From: Octopus sinensis
Taxonomy: Eukaryota
NCBI RefSeq assembly: GCF_006345805.1
Contig: NC_042998.1
Span: forward strand, 72,106,001-72,170,000
DNA: 64,000 nt
Direction: 5' to 3'
The notes under the pieces were generated by a model. The model ran no database searches, was not told the origin of the DNA, and worked only from the letters and a program-made list of their open reading frames with translations. The number at the start of each line of letters is the position of its first letter. Within the stretch, counting starts at the first letter, position 1. The translations under genes and the position numbers were made by a program. Below, in pieces: positions 37,650 through 52,882 of this stretch.

Positions 37650-40290
37650 CTGACATCAGAAACTACATAAATGCCTATGCGTCTGGTGTTCGACATTATG
37701 GTGGTATCTGCGTATTTTGAAACGGTTATCCCACGTCCTAATTCAGGCAGTATGCTTTTAGTAACCGGTAGTTATGCGTTCAGCTTTCAGTATTCGGGTA
37801 CCTGCCTACGAAATCTATCTAGTTCGTCTATGCAGATCACAAATTTGTTTATGATTAGGTCGACGATTTTAAAATGTGGTCAACATATACTATCGTTATC
37901 CACTGGCCAACAGAATAATCTCTCTAGATACGACCTAGATGACCCGATGCGGTTCGTTCATGTCCAAACTGGTACATTTGGAAAATCTTGACAATAACTG
38001 TCGTTGACCCATCGTCCCCTGTTAATCTAGATGCGCATGCTCAGAGCTGTCCCGTTCACTCGAAATCAGCAATTCCATTCATATTCACCTTTCAAAACTT
38101 TTAGAGCCGACGCTTCCATCTCCAACGTCATATTCTTTTTCAATAGCAAAATAGATGGGTGCATGATCAAAGGGGAAGGATTAGGCTTTCAACACTTTCA
38201 ATTTGGTTCACAATAACCTCCTTCTCTAAGGTCAAACCATACATAATGCATCTATGTTATGGTCAAAGCAATGCAGAGATTCATATTGCGATGAACTCAA
38301 CCGATAGCTTGATCACTGCAACTCAACGGCATGGTACGGCATGGAAATAACATCTGTCGCTCTGTGCACACCTCTTAAGTCCTGTAAACGACACTTTCAT
38401 AATTCAAGAATTTTTCTCGAACAGACAACATCCCCCGTCTAGCACCTCCAGCCTTGAAGCTTCTTAAAATTAACCCCAGCTCCTTCCTTAAAGATATTTA
38501 CACCGACCAGTAAGTTGAATCTCTTCGCTCTTAGAATCTCTCTGATATCTGAATGTCGACGCTCTTCCCAGACACTATCTTACTTTGGAAAATCCACCGA
38601 TTACATAGCCTAATTAGGAGAGGTATTTCAGATCTTGGCATTGCTCTTGCCAGACACTATTTTCTTTGCAAAATCCACCGATTACATAGCCTAAATAGGA
38701 GAGGTTTTTCAGATCCTGGTATTGCTCTAGGTATCTCGATGTATGCTTGATCCGGGATTGTATCTGAAAGAGACGAGGTGTGGAAAAATTAATGTAGCAA
38801 ATGGTAACCACACCTGCACATTGTCGAAGAAATGTTGCAGCCTTATTGATTGTCTGCACATCATCAAACTCTGTGTCTATTGACTGCAAATGGGGATCTA
38901 TGCTAGAGGAATGAGACCGTTCTAGAGAAAGAGGACGGTCAGGAGTTTCATTCCTGGGACTTTTAAAAACGGGCAATGCGTAAGGGTCAGACGGCATTAG
39001 AGAACATCGCCTCGTAACCGTCTTAGAACACTGCCAATAACGTCTATGTGCATATTATCCGACATTATGACAGTGATCGCGTCCGCGTATACCAACGCGG
39101 TTCTCCTGCATCCTAAGTTGTGCAGAATGCCCTATGATTTCTCTAGGTTCAGCAATAGTGGCTTGAGGATCAGTAAATACGGATTAGTCTCCGGGATACA
39201 ATATATATATATCACGCACATGATCCTTACTACCAAGCTGATGAACCTGTACTTATGGCGCATAGCAATCGCTAAACTTTATGATACTACCGTGGTCGAA
39301 ATTTAATCTTAGCAGAACATTTAGCCGAAACGATCAATCTTGTCATTTTTGATTGGGTTTTTCAGCAGCGCCACACTTCCTCGATTTGCGCTAGTCGAAA
39401 TTTTCCTGTTATTATGTTAGTTACTATAGATATCTGCCAAGATGTCTACAAATATTTCAGCTACATGAAAGTAAACTCGCATGGCTGACCATACACACCA
39501 GGCAACTGCATTCTTTCCATTTTTTCTTATATTTCCGTGATTATCATTCGTTAAATTCCCCTGTTTTACTAAAAGTAATAGCAGGGCGTCCAGCTAGCTA
39601 CTGAATTCCATCATGCTTGCAACTTATACAGGATGGTCGATCGAAGCGCCGTTAAGAAGCTGTTAATCCTTTCTTGAGATGCCAGACTTGCATCGATTAT
39701 ATTGTGCCAACAACTCAATTCTGTATTTGTTGTATATTTGCGCTCACCCCCTGCTAGAAACATTTGGTTTTCCCCTTCTCATGTCTAAGAACACTTGCTT
39801 TAGCTATGATTATGCTACATTTGCGTTTTGCGTTAAGGAATGTAGTCGATAGCCAATTTCGCCGTGGGTACCTTAGTTGCTTTGGCTTTTTGAAGCCTTT
39901 TTTCTAAGTTTCTCAGTCGCTCTCATTTCCATTTTTCTTAACTGCTACATTCTCACAAAACTTAATCATTTCTATCCCAATCGCTCTTCAGGCCAAACCA
40001 GCAACTATTTTTCATGATTAGCGACATCAACATCTGCTTTACTAATTCACCAATTCATGCTCAGCGTCCTCTTACGTGATACTTGCCTAGGACGACTATC
40101 TACAAGAGGGTTACTCAACCATTTTTATCTACGGACCCATTTGATCACTGCTTCTTTCTGGTGGACCCCCTTAGTTATTTCATGTCTAAACACTAGTTTT
40201 ATATATACTTCTTCCAAAATTCCCGTTCCGTTTTTCACACATGAACTTGTGTGCGTTGAATTAGGTAAACCGTTCGAAAAAGAAAACTAA
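37650..40290 (-). mobile_element. Degenerate L1/Tx1-like LINE ORF2 remnant
   Basis: Minus frames give PGVYGQPCEF (cf. PGxDGLPYEF), PYLLILKPLL and LVYADAITVIMSD (decayed YADD). Boundaries approximate. Confidence 0.55.
38568..38730. repeat. Two tandem 82-bp diverged repeats
   Basis: CCAGACACTA...AAAATCCACCGATTACATAGCCTAA.TAGGAGAGGT at 38568 and 38650. Confidence 0.85.
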
Positions 40291-40696
40291 CTGATTCTTG
40301 CAATATATACAAATACATATATCTAAAGCAACACTTTTTTTATGTGTCCCTGATATATTATTGAGGACTATTTAGTATTTTATAGCGTGGACATCAAAAA
40401 GTTTTATATGGATACTTAGGGGCCATATGGACTCCGGTTGAGAACTACGGACCTAGATGAATCGTACAGATTAGGAATTCGAGGCCACTATAGCCAACTA
40501 CTTTTTGACAGCCTCTGCAATCTCTATCTACTTATCGACATAATAATATACCTATGTACGATCTGGAGGTCCTGATGCATTTTGTCCATGTCCACGTTGA
40601 CGCATTTGGGAAAGCCAACTTGTACTTGTTAGTTAGTTGGAAATATCTGAGCTGTTTCGTAAGGCATTTGCATCACTTTCCTTTCTGCTAGACCCA

Positions 40697-40752
40697 CCAC
40701 CACCACCAGCACCAGCATCACCAGCATCACCACCACCACCAGTACTACTACT

Positions 40753-40799
<47 letters not shown>

Positions 40800-40830
40800 A
40801 CTACTACTACTACTAACTACTACTACTACC
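40697..40830. repeat. (ACC)/(AGC)/(ACT) trinucleotide microsatellite
   Basis: Read directly from the sequence. Confidence 0.9.
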
Positions 40831-41249
40831 GCCGCTGCTGTTGCTCTGCTCACAGTATGAACGTAAGACCTACACTGCTGGTCACATCCGGCACCGTGGA
40901 CTTGCCTTATATCTAAAGGAAGATGGTCAGTATTTCAGGATCCTTCCTGACATCCAGGCCCGACAAGAAGGTAGAAAATAAGATACAGACGTACAGGCGT
41001 TATATTCTTTCCGCAAGCATTTCATTATATAATCTTATATTTATATTCCCAGGAAAGTTTCTCATTTCCTGGGGCATATTTTCTTATCATTTTTGTCATA
41101 TGCATACTGTGTTGTGTTTAGAATAATCTTTACACGACTTGGTGATATATGGATATCTGATGTATTCATTTTGAAAAAAGTGTTTGTGCATCGATGTATA
41201 TATGTTTCCTTATCTCATGCAAGTTTGAATCTAAGGCCATTTAATTTCT

Positions 41250-42230
41250 GATGCCGTCTTGCTTTTCTCTTCCAGGAGCTTATCTCATTGCTGGTGGAGA
41301 TTGGATTTTGTGTTCGTTTGTTATGGTATTTGAAATTTATGTGTTGCTTCAAAGGTTCAATGCTCCCTTCGTTGTGGCTTCTGTGACTGCTGCATTGTTT
41401 CGAACAGTTTATCTTGTTCTTTTCGGCTCTGCACATTCTATTTTGGTACTGCTGCTGATGTTGATACCGCAGCTGCTTTTGTTGTTGATGTTTTTGTTCT
41501 GGTTAAAACATTGGAAGCAGGTAGCTTCTTGCTTAGTTTCATATTGAAGTTTGGCAGAAAGGTCTTAGATGGTATGCATCCTTACATACACGGCATCTAA
41601 GACTACAACTGTTGAAAACAGCAGAGAAACACTTGCGAGATTGACCAAGTCAAGGGTGGCCTTAATTCTCTTCTATTGTTTCTATAAATAAGGCCATCCA
41701 TCAGCAATTTGTCTTCACTAATCTGTGGACTGGCAGAATACTTTATTTTGTACGATGTATATTACAGCCGCCCCGCGATCTCTAATCTTGGGGGTACTTC
41801 ACCCATGTTTATATCAGATATCTCCAAAGGCGATATGTAGAAATGAGAAGTATTTCATCACCGTAGTGTTTCTGAGAAATTTTTATTCGTTTATCTTCGG
41901 TTTGAAATTTCACCTGTACTCCTTCAAACGTCTTCATCGGAAGTCACACTGCTTTATGTGACGGATAGTTTTAGAGCCCCCTTTTTAATGTAGGCCAGCG
42001 TTGCTCGTTTAATTTGTCTCGTTTCGAATACAATGCATTTTGGATTACAGCTTTTGTTTTTGCTTCTCTTACTTCTCTTTTTAATATAAAAATCTGACTT
42101 AAGGCTTTTGTTATATATTTCAGAACCATGTTTTACATCATTTGATATTTGAATTTGTTTTGTTATAGATGTTGGTAGAGATAGTCTATCATTCGAGGGT
42201 CTTTTCTTTTCTTTCTCACTGTGTTTCATC
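41250..42230 (-). mobile_element. Degenerate Penelope-like element (GIY-YIG region)
   Basis: Broken minus frames (VTSDEDV..TG, YLWRYL, KVFCQ) are collinear with PLE endonuclease C-termini. Confidence 0.45.
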
Positions 42231-42506
42231 CTGCCATTTACCTAGTATTTTTATATGTGCTTGTTTGTATGTATATGTGTATGTATGTGTCTGTATGTGT
42301 GTGTGTATAGATTGATATATAAAGAGATAAATGCGTTTATGTATGCATTAATGCATATATGTATGTACGTATATATTTTCCAACTCAGTCTCTGGCTACT
42401 TTGACACTCATCTGTGCAGAGGGTTTGCAGGCAAGCTATGAATGCAGAAATGATGGAATTTACATAAAAGGCACACCTACGCGAGAGCATACACATCCAC
42501 ACACAT

Positions 42507-42518
42507 ATCTATCTATCC

Positions 42519-42593
<75 letters not shown>

Positions 42594-42617
42594 CATCTAT
42601 CTATCTATCTATCTATC

Positions 42618-42654
<37 letters not shown>

Positions 42655-42655
42655 A
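42507..42655. repeat. (TCTA)n microsatellite
   Basis: Read directly from the sequence. Confidence 0.95.
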
Positions 42656-42848
42656 CACATTTATGCATTTGTTTTGCATGTGTCTTCATGTAACACCCTG
42701 TACCATAACAGATAGTGTTGCATTTCGTTATGGTAATTTTTATTTCTTTTGCCAAATAAACACGCACACTATATATTCGTTTTTGACGTGCTTATAATTG
42801 TTCGGATTTTATGTCCATTGTCTGAAAATCATTCGTCACAGACGAATG

Positions 42849-42893
42849 GAAATCCGTGGTAATGAAATCCGTGGTAATGAAATCCGTGGTAAT
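42849..42893. repeat. Three tandem 15-bp repeats GAAATCCGTGGTAAT
   Basis: Read directly from the sequence. Confidence 0.95.
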
Positions 42894-43088
42894 GAAATTC
42901 GTTGAAGACGTCACATGTGTGTGACGAAAGATTTCCAAGCAATACAAAGAAGATAAGGACAATAATTATAAAGTGTAAAACTAACATATGCTCCTTGTAT
43001 TTATTTGGTGAGAAAGAAATGCCCATCACGAAGTATAACAATATTACAATGTATAAATAAATATATAAATAAATAAATATATAAATAA

Positions 43089-43123
<35 letters not shown>

Positions 43124-43579
43124 ACATTTCTAAATATCTCAGACAGATTTATGCAGTAGTGGTACGATAAAGTAGTTGTACACTGTCAAATTAATGTGAC
43201 AGTCCCATGAAGGGAATCATACTACTGCTATTTAGCCCTAGGAAGCAGCAACGCTTCCTACCGTTTCCTACAGTCTTTAAATTGAATTGGACGGAAAAAA
43301 ACATGAATTCTGTAGACGAGGTGAGAACGGTTCATTTGGTAAGGGGGATTTTGGTCACAGATAAGTAAATGTTGGAAGAGAATCCTTGCGAATCTACCAC
43401 ATAGATGGAAGAGCATTGTAGAAAATGTAAGTGAATATATTTATTATGAAAAGTTTATCTTAATTTTGAAGAATATAATAAGTTTCAAAAAGTGCATTAT
43501 TTACTTGTTGGCCCAATATATTTATATAATAACAAATTCATACATACATACATACATATATGTACATACCTATATTTAT

Positions 43580-46200
43580 ATGTATATATACATGCATATA
43601 TGTGTACAGGACACCAAAAAATACGTAGAACACAAGAAACGAAAACGGACTTTTTCAAACAACGAAAAAAACGAGTACAAGATATACAACACAAGGAACA
43701 TTCCCCTTCTTCAGCTGCCCCTGCTTCGACTACTCCATGTTTCGAAGATAAGGGCAAGACACGACTTCGATGAAACAGTCCTTCCCGCAAAGCAAATTAA
43801 ATAAACTTTTAAATAAAATTTGGGATTTTTTGCGGAGAGGTAAAAATGGTGACAAGAACAGGACAGTAAAAACAAAACAAGACGGTAAAAGCAATACAAG
43901 AAAAAAACAGTAAAAGACAGGACAAGGAAAATAACTCAGTAAAAATAAAGGATAAGCGCTTTTAAGCCGAGACGATGGAAAAATTATTTTGAACGCATTG
44001 AGAGAACGGCTTACAAGGACGGGAGAAGCCGTTGTAGACTTGTCGAAGGCAGTAGTCAGTAAGAAAGTTAGTTAGCCTCTGGTCAGCGACGAGAGGGAGG
44101 AGGAGGAGGAGTGAGAGAGAGGGAACAGTGGTAGGGAGAGAAGAAGAATAGGGAAGGGTGGAAGAGAAAACCAGAAAGGATGAAAAATAAGAGAGCAAGT
44201 GAGACAGGCAGGGAGGAAAGTAGGGAGGAGAGGTCAAATTAAGAGTTAAGAGTGCGCATCATAATTATTAAAATAAAACTTACTTGGAAGTTGATGCGTG
44301 GCGTTCGATCATACAATAACAAATTAATAAATAAAACATATGCAAGTATGTGTATATGTATGTGTGTATATATATATATATATATCAGTTGAATAAAGTT
44401 AAAACATGGTCTGGTTTTCAGGTTTTTTTATTATGGTATTTTAATATTAAAAAAAGTATTTTGTAAGACTCATACGGTTAAATTAGCGCTTTCATTCATT
44501 CAAATATTTTAAACTCACAGTTAATTTTTGACAAAATTAGTACCTCAGAGAACGCTCCAACAAGCTGAATTTTTAGAATACCTTTTTGACCAATCCGCAT
44601 GCAGCTTAAACATCATTCTGTAACTTGTATATATTTATATACTAGAGGTATTTTCTATTCCACACCATTAACTGTTTTTTATATTACTGCAGTTATTTCC
44701 GTTCAAAACAGGTCTGAACATTTTAATAAAGCGTTTCTTTCTTTTATATTTCTTCGAACCTCACTTGTGTCATGTACTTTGGAGAACGTCAGTGTTCCGG
44801 ATTTTTTGTCCGTGGACTTGCGAGCGTTCGGATAATGCATTCCCTGTCTCGCCTATATATAATTCCACGCAATTCGGGCATTTAATGCAGAACATCAAAT
44901 TTCTGCTTTGCAGTTCATATCTGCATTTACGAAAATCTGTCTATTTTTTTTCCAATGGAACTACCCGTATGCATGTATTGAGACGTTCTGCGTCTGTTAT
45001 CATTACACTTGAATTTTTAGAATGTTTTATCCTGTTCATGTTGAATGTTGCCTTTATTAATAGTTTCTTTAGGTTATGTGGTTGTCTTTTACTTAAGACA
45101 GGTGATTGATTAGTTATTGATTTTTTAATATTTCACTTAATTTTATGATTGTCAAATTTGCTTTGACGATGATAAAATGGGTTGGTGATGCGGATTGCGC
45201 GTTACTAGAAATGGTATTGTGTTACGTTGATGAGTTCGTCTTTTTCATTGAGCTCCAAGGTGTTCTATATGTATTTTTTCTGCGTGCTGTCTGGTATTTT
45301 CTATAAGTAGGAGAGGGTAATTCTGTTTCAGCAGAAATCCTTTAAGTTGTATAAGTCTTGTGTTTCTGGTATTTGTTGGATCGTTCTAAGTGGTACTGAA
45401 GTTGTGAGGAACTCAACTGTCATTTAAACACATTTGAAACCTGATGATTACACTATATATATCAAAGCGATAATTTAACTATATGACCATTAATTATTTA
45501 TTTTAATGTTAAAATGCCATAATAGAAAACGTGAAAACCGGACCATGTTTTAATCTTATTCAACTGATATATTATTCTATATACCTTCACTCAAATACGA
45601 AACGGTATATATGTATATGTATATGTGTGTGTGTTTGTTTGTATATGTATATTTGTATGTATGTATTTATGCGTTTGTACATCTCTGCCTCTCTCTCACT
45701 CTCTCTATGTATATATATGCGCGTGTGTCTTTGGAGGAGTGTGTATACATATATGATTTCTGCTGTGGCATGAAGACAAATAGGGAATATAAAGAAAGAT
45801 AAAAATAAAAATAGAGAAGTAAAAAAAGAGAAGCTAGGAAAAAAATTGAAAGCAGAGAAAAGAGTGAAAGAAACAAAGAAAGGGAAAAATCCAGAGGAAA
45901 CGAAAGGTGCACTTTAATAAGGCAATAGAAGGAGGATGTGTAGGATTTAGAATGGTTAAAGAATTCAAGGACAAAAAGAATTCAATGGAAAATATTAGAG
46001 ATAAGTGAGCGAATGCACCGAGAAGAAGTGTGAATGAAGTGTGATTACAGGAACTTTTGGAAAGAAAGTTATTCAATGTGCATGGAAAACCAGAATTGTA
46101 TATCAGAAAATTATAATTAATAAGAAAGAAAAGGAAAAAGAAAGAGAAAGTAACACTCTAGAAGGTAGGGTACATAGAATATCTTAGCAGCAGGAAAGCT
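43580..46200. mobile_element. Mixed degenerate retroelement (likely PLE) fragments and purine-rich tracts
   Basis: Low-complexity, coding-like composition with no diagnostic motif read confidently. Confidence 0.25.
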
Positions 46201-46243
46201 GACGTAGAGTAATGATGAAGTAAAATAAAAGGAAAAATGGAAA

Positions 46244-46635
46244 TCTTTATATATAAAAGTAAGGTTGTGTGCTGTCTGTCTCCTACGATTTAGATTCCTA
46301 ACTACTCCGACATTTTGCGGTGCAGTTTAACCAAAACCGGGTATCTTATAGTCGTGATTCATATCGAGCCCTTCTGGGTATTAGGCGCGTCTACGATGAG
46401 TCTACGATTGAAAAAAAATTAACATCAATTTTTCCCATTTTCAATGCATTTTTGGCATATATAAAGGAAGTACCTCTCTAAAAATTTATTATTAAATCTC
46501 AGAATGTAAAAAGCTATAGTAACACCCCACCTTGTGGTTAGCCATATTGAGATGGCTATTATACTTTACATCTCTAAAAATGCTTATATAGTTATTTCCC
46601 TTACAAACCCGAGCAACGCCGGGCGATACTGCTAG
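46244..46635 (+). mobile_element. Non-autonomous Helitron
   Basis: A|TC...CCCGAGCAACGCCGGG hairpin...CTAG|T termini. Homologous to 16846-17357. Confidence 0.8.
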
Positions 46636-47637
46636 TATGAAATAAAGGAAAAATGTTCTTAACTTGTCGGTGTACTCTTGAACATCGAAAGCTATACACT
46701 TTAGGAATTGTCACGAGAAACAAATCCTCTTTACAAACAATGTACACAGCTGTATTTTATTCAACGTTGTCTTGTGCTCTTCTAATTAATACGTGTACTG
46801 TGCGTTGTATGTGTGTGTATGTGTGTGTGTGTATATGTGTGCGCATCACTGACTTAGAAATAACCACGAAATAATATATTAAATCACAATAGAGGACATA
46901 ATGTGAATGTGTGTGTGTTTACTTTATATACATCTCTCCAGCCTTCTATAGAATCATACATATGTATACGTTCTAGCTTACTCAAACTAATTGATACACA
47001 CGCACATATGTGCGGAGGGTGCGTATATATGTGTACGTAATTTAGTCATTGTTTATTTCGTCTATTTCTAGTGCAAGAATTTATTCTGCTACTAGAGATG
47101 ATCTTTTCATCCCGCAATCTGACAGCTTTAAATCTGTAGTCTCTCCACAGCTTTTACCATAACGTTGAGAATACAGAACAATTTTAGATCTGTCAATCTG
47201 ACATCATAGAGGTTTAATCAAACTGATAATATCAGATATAACACAGTGAGAGTAGAAAGCTATTTATTGAACATATAAAAAGAACCCCATCCAATATTTA
47301 CTTTAATGTCTTATCGAAAGATAAAACCTTCTTGACAGATATTCTCAATACGTCAAAAATGGTTCCGTTACGTTCTTCTTAAAATTCAGAATTGTGATGT
47401 TACTGTTAAAATAGTTCATGACTGACTTCTTTGATTCGTATTGAGTACATATAATAAGCTCAAAATTCCTTCTACTTTCACCACTTTAACCAATCATTTC
47501 GTTTTTTTTTGCTTGTTTTAGTATTACAATCAAATAAGTATATGTATAATGATGCACACATATATTGATATATTGAGGTATAGGAATATACATGCACATA
47601 TATGTGTGCCTGTGTGTGTGCATGTATGTGTGCGTAA

Positions 47638-47694
<57 letters not shown>

Positions 47695-48013
47695 TCTGCG
47701 CCTGTGTGTACGTATGTAGTGTGCACGCGTACAGTTCATGGGCATTGTAATGAATAATGGTTAAGACTCCACATGTGACTTAAAATTTATACAAAGGATT
47801 AACTATAAATTGTCACATATAATTAAAGATCTATTTCAAATCATACTTCCTCTGCATTATAACTTTAACAGTGATAAAATGAATGTGGTGTACTATAATT
47901 AGTTGCTTACAGCAGAGTGGCAGCTATGTCATCATGATTATCATGCGTGTATGTGTCTCTGTGTATAAATATACATGTGTGTGTGTGCATGTGTGTGTAT
48001 GCATGCATAAATT

Positions 48014-48046
<33 letters not shown>

Positions 48047-48092
48047 GTATATATGTATGTATGTGTATTTATATGAGTGTGTGTGACAGAGG

Positions 48093-48132
<40 letters not shown>

Positions 48133-48479
48133 AATAGAGAATGAGAGAAAAGGGACAAACAGGAAGAGACAGAGAGACAAAGACACACAGACAGATATAG
48201 TTAAGTGGACGAGTTAGAATGAGTTAGTGAATACTACAATTAATTTCATATTTTCCATCCAAACTGTTGCCTTCAAATAATCTGTTTAATAAGTATTAGT
48301 TCGTCAGCGTGAACATGTTTTGTCGTCGGCTAAAAACGTGCTACTGCAAATATCCTGCACAATACCGAATATGTGCTTGCCAGTCGCTTGGCCTGAACCA
48401 TTTAAGCACGTTTCTTACAGACTGCCGATTTGTGCATCACTTATCACCAGCATGTGTTGTGGAGGGGCATCATAGATAT

Positions 48480-48697
48480 GTGTTGAGAGAAATTCATCAT
48501 ACTTAAACAGCACTTATGAATCTGGCTCCTCTTGCAAGGTTATGTGCTGTTTATTTTGATATAAGGTCATCATGTCGGAAACAAGGTTTTTGAGGCATGT
48601 GCTTGGTGTACACTTATGAGACGGATATTCATGTGAGGATTATTGCGCTTCGTATATTATTTCTGCAGCGTCAATTTGACGTGTGCTGTTCCCTCAG
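48480..48697 (+). mobile_element. Internally deleted copy of the shared-core repeat, with one terminal inverted repeat
   Basis: Collinear with 50570-50860. The end at 48640-48700 is the reverse complement of 50440-50505. Confidence 0.65.
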
Positions 48698-48732
48698 TTA
48701 ATAATAACAAGAATGATATTAAAAATACTTGT

Positions 48733-50440
<1,708 letters not shown>

Positions 50441-50449
50441 TTATTGACT

Positions 50450-50870
50450 GAGAGAACATTACACATCAAATTGACGCTGGAGAAATAATATCCGAAGCGT
50501 AATAGTGGTTGACGATATGTGCATCTATAATCACGAGCAGAAGTAGTGGGAGTGTATCATAGCCATGTGTTGAGAGGGATTCTTTGGGGTTTGAGTAATT
50601 CACCTCTGGAAACATTGGTGTTTCATTCAACATACTTAAACAACCCTTATTCAGGGACATTTTGAGCGGGATGGATTACTCGACAAGAAGAAAATTCTAA
50701 CTGGGCCCCACCTGCAATGTCATGCGCTATTTATCTTGATGTGTCGCACTCATATGTTTGTGATGCATGTGCCTAGTGTACCCTTATCAAACGGGTAGTC
50801 ATGATGGTTATACTGGGCTTCGTATATTTTACCCCAGAGTCACTTTGATGGCATGCACTGCTCTATCACT
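50450..50870 (+). mobile_element. ~420-bp non-coding element with degenerate terminal inverted repeats, in AAT tracts
   Basis: Left ATCAAATTGACGCTGG...CGAAGC vs right GCTTCG...CCAGAGTCACTTTGAT. Core shared with 22200-22530. Confidence 0.65.
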
Positions 50871-50871
50871 C

Positions 50872-50914
<43 letters not shown>

Positions 50915-51039
50915 TAATAATAATAATATTAATAATTGTTTAAACAGTAGGCAATCTAATGTCTGTGTAACGTTTTAGATCTGGTAGCGTATAAATCGAA
51001 ACTTGAAAGAGTTGGCAAATATTTTTACTGGATATTATT

Positions 51040-51480
51040 TCAGCATTATACAATCAAACCTGCTGACAAATGGTACAAGCACCACTTTGTGACATTAACT
51101 GAGGGAGAAAATATAACGATTCTTTGGTACTTTTCAGTACATACAGACCAAACCATCAAAGCTAATAAGCCAGATATGTTTGTGAAAGACCAAAACAATA
51201 AAATCTGTTTATTGGTTGACATGAGCATAGCTTGTGATCATAATATCTCGGCAAAAGTGTTTGATAAGCTCAGAAAATATAAAAATTTGCTGACTGAAAT
51301 CGAAAAAAATGTGGCATCTGAAGTCGTTTACAATATTAGTGATTGCTAGTTCACTCGGAATGATCAAAAAAGGAATAGAAAATTATTTGAGGATGATCTG
51401 TGATTTACCACTCATGCAAGAAATGCACCAAATAGAACTAATATATCACATGTACTGAGAAGAGTATTTTCAGTGTGAAT
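51040..51480 (+). mobile_element. Dong/R4 LINE restriction-like endonuclease fragment
   Basis: ORF 51089-51349: ILWYFSVHTDQTIKANKPDMFVKD...CLLVDMSI...KLRKYKNL. Confidence 0.85.
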
Positions 51481-51774
51481 TTTCTTCCCTTTTGCCCATT
51501 TATACTCTTTGTTTTCTTTTCTTTTCTTATGTTTTCCTTCTTTCTTTTTTTCCTCTGTTTTTTTTTCCCCTTCGTTTCTATCACATGACGTTGTATATCA
51601 ACACAAGAAGTTAACACTAGTTACAGAGATAAAAACCATCTCTAGTTTTACCACGGAGGGTGCAATACTAATAATTTTAATGCATCACAAAAATGTATTA
51701 CGAAACAAAAACGGAACCTACAGCAGTACACGAAATCGCTTGTCCTACGTTGCTCCAGTTCACTCAGTTGTAGT

Positions 51775-52114
51775 GAAGGCCCATGACTCAGTGGTTAGAG
51801 CGTCGAGCTTACGATCGTGAGGTTGTGAGCTCGAATCCCGGACCGGGCTGCGTGTTGTGTTCTTGAGCAAGGCACTTTATTTCACGTTGCTCCAGTTCAT
51901 TCAGTTGTAGAAATGAGTTGCGACGTCACTGGTGCCAAGCTGTATCGACCTTTGTCTTTCCCTTGGATAACACTGGTGGCGTGGAGAGGGGAAGCTGGTA
52001 TGCATGGGCGACTGCTGGTCTTCCATAAACAACCTTGCCCGGACTTGTGTCTAGGAGGGTAACTTTCTAGGTGCAATCCCATGGTCATTCATGACCGAAG
52101 GGGGTCTTTACCCT
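51775..52114 (+). mobile_element. tRNA-derived SINE, family B
   Basis: TGACTCAGTGG A-box-like, GCTCGAATCCC B-box-like, CACGTTGCTCCAGTT core. Confidence 0.85.
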
Positions 52115-52139
52115 TTTTTTATGGTAAGTCTGGAAGCGC

Positions 52140-52725
52140 GTCCTCCAGTAGAGTGCCAGCACAAGCTCTTCGCACTAAAGCATTCTTCAAAATAGTAGAA
52201 TCCAATTTCCCACGTAACCACAAGTACCATTACATCTTTAACCGATCCACTTTGAAATTATCATTTTCATCTACACCAGAATCTACTATCACCTCATCTA
52301 ACAAACATAAACTTAGCTCTTACTATGTAAATGCATACAACCTTACCATAGACCTAAACAATGAAAACACCTGACACCGATCGCAATAACACAACTAATG
52401 ACCCTGGCCCGAGTACTTGAAGCAACTTAAGCATACATAATATACTCCCCACTTCGGAGGATAATGGGCGCACAGTTGAAATCGACGCAAGCACTAATAG
52501 GCACACTGACAATAACAATACTAGCCATATTATACCCACTACAGCTAATAATACATATACTTCAACTACTAATAGGACTAGCAATAATATTAATACTAAC
52601 AGCAACGGCAACATTACCATTACTGAAAATAATAATACTACTAACACTCCTACCACAAACACAGCTACTAATAGCTGCAATAATGGCATTACTAATTTCA
52701 CCTCCTCTATCACCGCAAATACTAA

Positions 52726-52756
<31 letters not shown>

Positions 52757-52806
52757 GATGATAATAATTACAACAGCGATGTCGATACGATAATAATAAT
52801 AATAAT

Positions 52807-52882
<76 letters not shown>

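Noticed and set aside
51775-51850. tRNA gene (also 29114-29190)
   Set aside because: The tRNA-like head runs into a shared SINE body and lacks a complete cloverleaf.
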